NCBI RefSeq assembly: GCF_964355755.1
Contig: NC_092675.1
Location: 12,891,812 to 12,955,811 of the forward strand
From: Antedon mediterranea
Taxonomy: Eukaryota; Animalia; Echinodermata
DNA length: 64,000 bases
Direction: 5' to 3'
The position numbers and the translations under genes were made by a program. Positions 15,001 through 25,000 of the stretch are shown piece after piece. How positions within the stretch are numbered: the stretch's first letter is position 1; every line of letters starts with the position of its first letter. The notes beneath the pieces are model-generated. The model worked only from the letters and a program-made list of their open reading frames with translations, had not been told where the DNA came from and did not search any database.

Positions 15001-16495
15001 GTGATTTTCGAAAAAACTTGTTAACATAAAAACACCAAAGTGCTTAGAATAGCTTCAAATCGTATTTGGAGACGTTTTAGACCATTTTGAGATTTTCGAA
15101 AAAACTTGGTTACACAAAAACATCAAAGTGCTTAAAATCACATTATAAACCGTTTTAGACCATTTTGAGCATTTCGATAACACTTTTCACACAAAAACAT
15201 CAAAGAGCACAAAATAGCTTAATATCGTATTTAAAAACGTTATAGACCATTTTGAGCATTTCGACAAAACTTTTTCACACAAAACACCAAAGTGCTTAGA
15301 ATAGCTTCAAATCGCATTTGGAGACGTTTTAGACCAATTTGTGCATTTCGATGAAACTTGATTACACAAAAACATCAAAGTGCTTAAAATCACATTATAA
15401 ACCGTTTTAGACCATTTTGAGCATTTCGATAACACTTTTCACACAAAAACATCAAAGAGCACAAAATAGTTTAATATCGTATTTAAAAACGTTTTAGACC
15501 ATTTTGAGCATTTAGACAAAACTTTTTCACACAAAACACCAAAGTGCTTAGAATAGCTTCAAATAACATTTGGAGACGTTTTAGACCATTTTGTGCATTT
15601 CGATGAAACTTGGTTACACAAAAACATCAAAGTGCTTAAAATCACATTATAAATCGTTTTAGACCATTTTGAGCATTTCGACAAAACTTTTTCACACAAA
15701 ATATCAAAGGGCTTAGAATAGCTTCAAATCGCATTTGGAGACGTTTTAGACCATTTTGTGATTTTCGAAAAAACTTTTTAACATAAAAACACCAAAGTGC
15801 TTAGAATAGCTTCAAATCACATTTGGAGACGTTTTAGACCATTTTGTGATTTTCGAAAAAACTTGTTAACATAAAAACACGAAAGTGCTTAGAATAGCTT
15901 CAAATCGCATTTGGAAACGTTTTAGACCATTTTGTGATTTTCGAAAAAAATTGTTAACATAAAAACACCAAAGTGCTTAGAATCACATTATAAACCGTTT
16001 TAGACCATTTTGAGCATTTCGATAACAATTTTCACACAAAAACATCAAAGAGCACAAAATAGCTTAATATCGTATTTAAAAATGTTTTAGACCATTTTGA
16101 GCATTTAGATAAAACTTTTTCACACAAAACACCAAAGTGCTTAGAATAGCTTCAAATCGCATTTGGAGACGTTTTAGACCATTTTGTGATTTTCGAAAAA
16201 ACTTTTTAACATAAAAACACCAAAGTGCTTAGAATAGCTTCAAATCACATTTGGAGACGTTTTAGACCATTTTGTGATTTTCGAAAAAACTTGTTTACAT
16301 AAAAACACGAAAGTGCTTAGAATAGCTTCAAATCGCATTTGGAAACGTTTTAGACCATTTTGTGATTTTCGAAAAAAATTGTTAACATAAAAACACCAAA
16401 GTGCTTAGAATCACATTATAAACCGTTTTAGACCATTTTGAGCATTTCGATAACAATTTTCACACAAAAACATCAAAGAGCACAAAATAGCTTAA
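1..16495 (+). repeat. Satellite DNA array, segment 1 (monomers A 88 bp, B 77 bp, C 87 bp)
   Basis: Continuous head-to-tail repeats. Monomer starts at 601, 689 and 777 give A = 88 bp (AGTGCTTAGAATAGCTTCAAATCGCATTTGGAGACGTTTTAGACC...). 777 to 854 gives B = 77 bp (AGTGCTTAAAATCACATTATAAACCGTTTTAGACC...). 854 to 941 gives C = 87 bp (AGAGCACAAAATAGCTTAATATCGTATTTAAAAACGTTTTAGACC...). The array continues beyond the left window edge. Confidence 0.99.
1930..3260 (+). repeat. Local higher-order repeat: 5 x A monomers, 442 bp, about 3 tandem copies
   Basis: The variant GAGACATTTT recurs with its CAT at 1978, 2420 and 2862 (period 442 = 5x88+2), with the same order of GTCAAC, TATCAAC/AAGGGTTT and CACGAAAG variants. 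Boundaries approximate. Confidence 0.9.
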
Positions 16496-17869
16496 AGTGG
16501 AGCTACACTCAGACTTTCTCAGCTTATATTATGTTTAAGTATGTTTAATTGAAAGTGATTACATAAAAAAAACAGAGAAAACACGGAAATATTTTTCAAA
16601 AACCCATTTCTAAAAAATCGGTTAGAAAATAGTGTCTTTTAATACATTACACTTTTTCAGTAACTTAGGGGTTATTAGTTTACAATACGTCGCGAAACGC
16701 GTTACACTTAGCGACTGACGCGTTTTAGTCGCCGGTGAACTGTCTCCCCTTTGATAAATTATGTGTCGAAAAATGGGGAATAAATTTTATACACACAATT
16801 AATACGATTTGTTTAGGCCTAAGTAATATTTCCGATAAAAATGTCAGTATAATTTACATGTATAACCTCATGATTTGCAATGTACAACAACAGCATAATT
16901 AATCTTATCAGATTGCTTATTAACTTTAAGCTAGGCCTAGCTAAGCCGTCTCTGCTCAGCCTAGCTAGCCTTGAATTTTTGTCTAAGCCTATGGCATTCA
17001 TGGGTTTGAAAATGCTTGGTCGTTTCGCCCCATTTATCGTTCCTGGGTTTTCTCGCACATTCACAAGAATTGTGAAACACAAAATCCCATACAGAACAAG
17101 AGTAGTAAAGCGATGACCGATGTGGAAGCTTAGGCCTGACTGAAAAGCAACTTTTCAGGCACCCTATCATGGCCCATGGGTAGGCCGAAGTTGGGTGTCA
17201 ACAGAACAAACTTCACTGCTGTCAGCCTAGCTAGAGGCCAAACAGCATCGGTACATACCTACACTCTAGTAGGCCTAGGCCTAGCTTTATTGAATATATA
17301 GCCACGTCTTTCTCAAATCTCGTTAAATTTGACATTTTAGTAATAGTCTCATAATCACATTATTACACTGTGAAACATGATAGGGTCACATTCAGAATGT
17401 TTCAATATACTTTTCGCCCGTCAAAAATAACATCGCGACAAAATAACAGATCGCCAGCTCTGCAGTAGTGTGATTGTAAAAATTGTCACGTGATCAGACT
17501 CCCTAGCAAAATAAAAAACCCAATTGGACCCGAACGGGGGAAAGTGTCTATTTACGCAAAATTGCGCAATGTATACGCGATAAAAATACAAGAAATAGAA
17601 AGATCTGGAAAAATTACATAAAAAAACTTTTTAAATTTTTTTTTTAGTGAAGAATTTAATTTTTTAGGATTATTCAAATATACCCCCCTTTTGCATGTAA
17701 AAGAATAGGAAATTACAAGGTATCCCCCCAAAACTCAAAAAGGCGTGATTTTCAAGAAAATCGTACTCATTGAAAAAAATTTCAAAAAAATATGAAGTAT
17801 GAGGGATGATATTTTTAAATAATAGTTGAAATGTATGAAAAATAGTAATTTTCTGGGTGGAGCTCCACT
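16496..17869. mobile_element. Non-autonomous TIR DNA transposon, 1374 bp, Kolobok-like (TTAA TSD, AG...CT termini)
   Basis: TTAA duplicated at 16492-16495 and 17870-17873, and the satellite resumes in exact register. Left TIR AGTGGAGCTACACTCAGA versus reverse-complemented right end AGTGGAGCTCCACCCAGA (16/18 match). TTAA TSD with purine-purine 5' termini is the Kolobok signature, whereas piggyBac begins with C. No transposase-length ORF. Confidence 0.88.
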
Positions 17870-20800
17870 TTAATATCGTATTTAAAAATGTTTTAGACCA
17901 TTTTGAGCATTTAGATAAAACTTTTTCACACAAAACACCAAAGTGCTTAGAATAGCTTCAAATCGCATTTGGAGACATTTTAGACCATTTTGTGATTTTT
18001 GAAAAAACTTGTTAACATAAAAACACCAAAGTGCTTAGAATAGCTTCAAATCACATTTGGAGACGTTTTAGACCATTTTGTGATTTTCGAAAAAACTTTT
18101 TAACATAAAAACACCAAAGTGCTTAGAATAGCTTCAAATCACATTTGGAGACGTTTTAGACCATTTTGTGATTTTTGAAAAAACTTGTTAACATAAAAAC
18201 ACGAAAGTGCTTAGAATAGCTTCAAATCGCATTTGGAAACGTTTTAGACCATTTTGTGATTTTCGAAAAAGATTGTTAACATAAAAACACCAAAGTGCTT
18301 AGAATCACATTATAAACCGTTTTAGACCATTTTGAGCATTTCGATAACAATTTTCACACAAAAACATCAAAGAGCACAAAATAGCTTAATATCGTATTTA
18401 AAAATGTTTTAGACCATTTTGAGCATTTAGATAAAACTTTTTCACACAAAACACCAAAGTGCTTAGAATAGCTTCAAATCGCATTTGGAGACGGTTTAGA
18501 CCATTTTGTGATTTTGAAAAAACTTGTTAACATAAAAACACCAAAGTGCTTAGAATAGCTTCAAATCGCATTTGGAGACGTTTTAGACCATTTTGTGATT
18601 TTCGAAAAAACTTGTTAACATAAAAACACCAAAGTGCTTAGAATAGCTTCAAATCGTATTTGGAGACGTTTTAGACCATTTTGAGATTTTCGAAAAAACT
18701 TGGTTACACAAAAACATCAAAGTGCTTAAAATCACATTATAAACCGTTTTAGACCATTTTGAGCATTTCGATAACACTTTTCACACAAAAACATCAAAGA
18801 GCACAAAATAGCTTAATATCGTATTTAAAAACGTTTTAGACCATTTTGAGCATTTCGACAAAACTTTTTCACACAAAACACCAAAGTGCTTAGAATAGCT
18901 TCAAATCGCATTTGGAGACGTTTTAGACCAATTTGTGCATTTCGATGAAACTTGATTACACAAAAACATCAAAGTGCTTAAAATCACATTATAAACCGTT
19001 TTAGACCATTTTGAGCATTTCGATAACACTTTTCACACAAAAACATCAAAGAGCACAAAATAGCTTAATATCGTATTTAAAAACGTTTTAGACCATTTTG
19101 AGCATTTAGACAAAACTTTTTCACACAAAACACCAAAGTGCTTAGAATAGCTTCAAATCGCATTTGGAGACGTTTTAGACCATTTTGTGCATTTCGATGG
19201 AACTTGGTTACACAAAAACATCAAAGTGCTTAAAATCACATTATAAATCGTTTTAGACCATTTTGAGCATTTCGACAAACTTTTTCACACAAAATACAAA
19301 AGTGCTTAGAATAGCTTCAAATCGCATTTGGAGACGTTTTAGACCATTTTGTGATTTTCGAAAAAACTTTTTAACATAAAAACACCAAAGTGCTTAGAAT
19401 AGCTTCAAATCACATTTGGAGACGTTTTAGACCATTTTGTGATTTTCGAAAAAACTTGTTAACATAAAAACACGAAAGTGCTTAGAATAGCTTCAAATCG
19501 CATTTAGAAACGTTTTAGACCATTTTGTGATTTTCGAAAAAATTGTTAACATAAAAACACCAAAGTGCTTAGAATCACATTATAAACCGTTTTAGACTAT
19601 TTTGAGCATTTCGATAACAATTTTCACACAAAAACATCAAAGAGCACAAAATAGCTTAATATCGTATTTAAAAATGTTTTAGACCATTTTGAGCATTTAG
19701 ATAAAACTTTTTCACACAAAACACCAAAGTGCTTAGAATAGCTTCAAATCGCATTTGGAGACGTTTTAGACCAATTTGTGATTTTTGAAAAAACTTGTTA
19801 ACATAAAAACACCAAAGTGCTTAGAATAGCTTCAAATCACATTTGGAGACGTTTTAGACCATTTTGTGATTTTGAACAAACTTGTTAACATAAAAACACC
19901 AAAGTGCTTAGAATAGCTTCAAATCGCATTTGGAGACGTTTTAGACCATTTTGTGATTTTCGAAAAAACTTGTTAACATAAAAACACCAAAGTGCTTAGA
20001 ATAGCTTCAAATCGTATTTGGAGACGTTTTAGACCATTTTGAGATTTTCGAAAAAACTTGGTTACACAAAAACATCAAAGTGCTTAAAATCACATTATAA
20101 ACCGTTTTAGACCATTTTGAGCATTTCGATAACACTTTTCACACAAAAACATCAAAGAGCACAAAATAGCTTAATATCGTATTTAAAAACGTTTTAGACC
20201 ATTTTGAGCATTTCGACAAAACTTTTTCACACAAAACACCAAAGTGCTTAGAATAGCTTCAAATCGCATTTGGAGACGTTTTAGACCAATTTGTGCATTT
20301 CGATGAAACTTGATTACACAAAAACATCAAAGTGCTTAAAATCACATTATAAACCGTTTTAGACCATTTTGAGCATTTCGATAACACTTTTCACACAAAA
20401 ACATCAAAGAGCACAAAATAGCTTAAAATCGTATTTATAAACGTTTTAGACCATTTTGAGCATTTCGACAAAACTTTTTCACATAAAACACCAAAGTGCT
20501 TAGAATAGCTTCAAATCGCATTTGGAGACGTTTTAGACCAATTTGTGCATTTCGATGAAACTTGATTACACAAAAACATCAAAGTGCTTAAAATCACATT
20601 ATAAACCGTTTTAGACCATTTTGAGCATTTCGATAACACTTTTCACACAAAAACATCAAAGAGCACAAAATAGCTTAATATCGTATTTAAAAACGTTTTA
20701 GACCATTTTGAGCATTTAGAAAAAACTTTTTCACACAAAACACCAAAGTGCTTAGAATAGCTTCAAATCGCATTTGAAGACGTTTTAGACCATTTTGTGA

Positions 20801-21788
20801 TTTTTGAAAAAACTTGTTAACATAAAAACACCAAAGTGCTTAGAATAGCTTCAAATCGCATTTGGAGACGTTTTAGACCATTTTGTGATTTTCGAAAAAA
20901 CTTGTTAACATAAAAACAAGAAAGTGCTTAGAATCACATTATAAACCGTTTTAGACCATTTTGAGCATTTCGATAACAATTTTCACACAAAAACATCAAA
21001 GAGCACAAAATAGCTTAATATCGTATTTAAAAATGTTTTAGACCATTTTGAGCATTTAGATAAAACTTTTTCACACAAAACACCAAAGTGCTTAGAATAG
21101 CTTCAAATCGCATTTGGAGACGTTTTAGACCATTTTGTGATTTTTGAAAAAACTTGTTAACATAAAAACACCAAAGTGCTTAGAATAGCTTCAAATCACA
21201 TTTGGAGATGTTTTAGACCATTTTGTGATTTTTGTAAAAACTTGTTAACATAAAAACACGAAAGTGCTTAGAATAGCTTCAAATCACATTTGGAGACGTT
21301 TTAGACCATTTTGTGATTTTTGAAAAAACTTGTTAACATAAAAACACGAAAGTGCTTAGAATAGCTTCAAATCGCATTTGGAAACGTTTTAGACCATTTT
21401 GTGATTTTCGAAAAAGATTGTTAACATAAAAACACCAATGTGCTTAGAATCACATTATAAACCGTTTTAGACCATTTTGAGCATTTTGATAACAATTTTC
21501 ACACAAAAACATCAAAGAGCACAAAATAGCTTAATATCGTATTTATAAATGTTTTAGACCATTTTGAGCATTTCGACAAAACTTTTTCACACAAAACACC
21601 AAAGTGCTTAGAATAGCTTCAAATCGCATTTGGAGACGTTTTTTATACCATTTTGTGATTTCGATGAAACTTGATTACACAAAAACATCAAAGTCCTTAA
21701 AATCACATTATAAACCGTTTTAGACCATTTTGAGCATTTCGATAACACTTTTCACACAAAAACATCAAAGAGCACAAAATAGCTTAAT
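17870..21788 (+). repeat. Satellite DNA array, segment 2
   Basis: Same A/B/C monomers in the same orientation. Confidence 0.99.
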
Positions 21789-22005
21789 TTTTTTATTTTA
21801 TTTTATTTTATTTAATTTTCAGGCAAACATACATGACAACACAGCCGTGCAGCACCCTGAGGATTGCCATGAGTGCAAAGCACTATCGAGATGGCTCTCC
21901 ATATACTGCACTAGAACATATAAGACAAACATATACACAAGATGCTCTACATAGACAAAGACTTATTATTAAGTCTTTGGGAGTGGAGTTGTAAATTGTC
22001 ATGAG

Positions 22006-22012
22006 AAAAAAA
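22006..22012 (-). terminator. Candidate Pol III terminator (T7) inside the SINE
   Basis: TTTTTTT on the minus strand, 15 nt after the B box. Function is inferred from the rule that Pol III terminates at runs of 4 or more T. Confidence 0.45.
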
Positions 22013-22027
22013 CCCTGACATATGACA

Positions 22028-22038
22028 GGACTTGAACC
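22028..22038 (-). promoter_or_regulatory. RNA polymerase III internal promoter B box of the SINE head
   Basis: GGTTCAAGTCC on the minus strand matches GGTTCRANNCC and lies 33 nt downstream of the A box. Confidence 0.8.
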
Positions 22039-22071
22039 CAGGACCCTTAGATTGGTAGCCAAGCATCATAA

Positions 22072-22082
22072 CCACCAAGCCA
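22072..22082 (-). promoter_or_regulatory. RNA polymerase III internal promoter A box of the SINE head
   Basis: TGGCTTGGTGG on the minus strand, close to the TRGCNNARYGG consensus, 12 nt from the element 5' end. Confidence 0.75.
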
Positions 22083-25000
22083 CAGCTCCACTCCTAATAT
22101 CGTATTTAAAAACGTTTTAGACCATTTTGAGCATTTAGACAAAACTTTTTCACACAAAACACCAAAGTGCTTAGAATAGCTTCAAATCGCATTTGGAGAC
22201 GTTTTAGAACATTTTGTGTTTTTCGAAAAAAACTGTTAACATAAAAACACCAAAGTGCTTAGAATAGCTTCAAATCGCATTTGGAGACGTTTTAGAACAT
22301 TTTGTGTTCTTCGAAAAAACCTGTTAACATAAAAACACCAAAGTGCTTAGAATAGCTTCAAATCGCATTTGGAGACGTTTTAGACCATTTTGTGATTTTT
22401 GAAAAAACTTGTTAACATAAAAACACCAAAGTGCTTAGAATAGCTTCAAATCACATTTGGAGACGTTTTAGACCATTTTGTGATTTTCGAAAAAACTTGT
22501 TAACATAAAAACACGAAAGTGCTTAGAATAGCTTCAAATCGCATTTGGAAACGTTTTAGACCATTTTGTGATTTTCGAAAAAGATTGTTAACATAAAAAC
22601 ACCAAAGTGCTTAGAATCACAATATAAACCGTTTTAGACCATTTTGAGCATTTCGATAACAATTTTCACACAAAAACATCAAAGAGCACAAAATAGCTTA
22701 ATATCGTATTTAAAAATGTTTTAGACCATTTTGAGCATTTAGATAAAACTTTTTCACACAAAACACCAAAGTGCTTAGAATAGCTTCAAATCGCATTTGG
22801 AGACGGTTTAGACCATTTTGTGATTTTGAAAAAACTTGTTAACATAAAAACACCAAAGTGCTTAGAATAGCTTCAAATCGCATTTGGAGACGTTTTAGAC
22901 CATTTTGTGATTTTCGAAAAAACTTGTTAACATAAAAACACCAAAGTGCTTAGAATAGCTTCAAATCGTATTTGGAGACGTTTTAGACCATTTTGAGATT
23001 TTCGAAAAAACTTGGTTACACAAAAACATCAAAGTGCTTAAAATCACATTATAAACCGTTTTAGACCATTTTGAACATTTCGATAACACTTTTCACACAA
23101 AAACATCAAAGAGCACAAAATAGCTTAATATCGTATTTAAAAACGTTTTAGACCATTTTGAGCATTTCGACAAAACTTTTTCACACAAAACACCAAAGTG
23201 CTTAGAATAGCTTCAAATCGCATTTGGAGACGTTTTAGACCAATTTGTGCATTTCGATGAAACTTGATTACACAAAAACATCAACGTGCTTAAAATCACA
23301 TTATAAACCGTTTTAGACCATTTTGAGCATTTCGATAACACTTTTCACACAAAAACATCAAAGAGCACAAAATAGCTTAATATCGTATTTAAAAACGTTT
23401 TAGACCATTTTGAGCATTTAGACAAAACTTTTTCACACAAAACACCAAAGTGCTTAGAATAGCTTCAAATCGCATTTGGAGACGTTTTAGACCATTTTGT
23501 GCATTTCGATGAAACTTGGTTACACAAAAACATCAAAGTGCTTAAAATCACATTATAAATCGTTTTAGACCATTTTGAGCATTTCGACAAAACTTTTTCA
23601 CACAAAAACACGAAAGTGCTTAGAATAGCTTCAAATCGCATTTGGAAACGTTTTAGACCATTTTGTGATTTTCGAAAAAACTTGTTAACATAAAAACACG
23701 AAAGTGCTTAGAATAGCTTCAAATCGCATTTGGAAACGTTTTAGACCATTTTGTGATTTTCGAAAAAAATTGTTAACATAAAAACACCAAAGTGTTTAGA
23801 ATAGCTTCAAATCGCATTTGGAGACGTTTTAGACCAATTTGTGATTTTCGAAAAAACTTATCAACATAAAAACACCAAAGGGTTTAGAATAGCTTCAAAT
23901 CGCATTTGGAGACGTTTTAGACCATTTTGTGATTTTGAAAAAACTTGTTAACATAAAAACACCAAAGTGCTTAGAATAGCTTCAAATCGCATTTGGAGAC
24001 GTTTTAGACCATTTTGTGATTTTCGAAAAAACTTGTTAACATAAAAACACCAAAGTGCTTAGAATAGCTTCAAATCGTATTTGGAGACGTTTTAGACCAT
24101 TTTGAGATTTTCGAAAAAACTTGGTTACACAAAAACATCAAAGTGCTTAAAATCACATTATAAACCGTTTTAGACCATTTTGAACATTTCGATAACACTT
24201 TTCACACAAAAACATCAAAGAGCACAAAATAGCTTAATATCGTATTTAAAAACGTTTTAGACCATTTTGAGCATTTCGACAAAACTTTTTCACACAAAAC
24301 ACCAAAGTGCTTAGAATAGCTTCAAATCGCATTTGGAGACGTTTTAGACCAATTTGTGCATTTCGATGAAACTTGATTACACAAAAACATCAACGTGCTT
24401 AAAATCACATTATAAACCGTTTTAGACCATTTTGAGCATTTCGATAACACTTTTCACACAAAAACATCAAAGAGCACAAAATAGCTTAATATCGTATTTA
24501 AAAACGTTTTAGACCATTTTGAGCATTTAGACAAAACTTTTTCACACAAAACACCAAAGTGCTTAGAATAGCTTCAAATAACATTTGGAGACGTTTTAGA
24601 CCATTTTGTGCATTTCGATGAAACTTGGTTACACAAAAACATCAAAGTGCTTAAAATCACATTATAAATCTTTTTAGACCTTTTTGAGAATTTCGACAAA
24701 ACTTTTTCACACAAAATATCAAAGGGCTTAGAATAGCTTCAAATCGCATTTGGAGACGTTTTAGACCATTTTGTGCATTTCGATGAAACTTGGTTACACA
24801 AAAACATCAAAGTGCTTAAAATCACATTATAAATCGTTTTAGACCATTTTGAGCATTTCGACAAAACTTTTTCACACAAAAACACGAAAGTGCTTCGAAT
24901 AGCTTCAAATCGCATTTGGAAACGTTTTAGACCATTTTGTGATTTTCGAAAAAACTTGTTAACATAAAAACACGAAAGTGCTTAGAATAGCTTCAAATCG

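Larger units (their letters stand above)
21789..22094 (-). mobile_element. tRNA-derived SINE-like retroposon, about 306 bp
   Basis: Minus strand starts GGAGTGGAGCTGTGGCTTGGTGGTTATGATGCTTGGCTACCAATCTAAGGGTCCTGGGTTCAAGTCC, with Pol III A and B boxes at tRNA spacing. It ends in a (TAAAA)n/poly-A tail (+ strand 21789-21813). Apparent short duplication TAAT at 21785-21788 and 22095-22098; the satellite resumes in register. Confidence 0.82.

Noticed and set aside
16819-17170. Three overlapping 69-87 aa ORFs inside the 1374 bp element
   Set aside because: Short, mutually overlapping on both strands, with no recognisable DDE, THAP or zinc-finger motif; consistent with chance ORFs in the more GC-rich interior.
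17485-17570. E-box (TCACGTGA) and TTGCGCAA palindromes as regulatory sites
   Set aside because: Single short motifs inside a transposon with no associated gene; function cannot be supported from sequence alone.
16496-17869. piggyBac assignment for the 1374 bp and 547 bp elements
   Set aside because: The TSD is TTAA, but both begin AG and end CT, unlike the C...G termini of piggyBac; Kolobok-like fits better.
21855-21900. Hammerhead ribozyme (CTGAGGA ... CGAGA)
   Set aside because: The second core motif is GAGA rather than GAAA, and stems I and III cannot be formed next to the core.
21730-21954. 74 aa ORF with a hydrophobic stretch
   Set aside because: Reads from satellite through the antisense SINE tail; the F/L/I/Y stretch is simply (TTTTA)n.
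22020-22094. Functional tRNA gene
   Set aside because: A and B boxes are present, but there is no proper acceptor stem, the anticodon loop is 8 nt, and the head is joined to a body with an A-rich tail; better explained as a SINE head.
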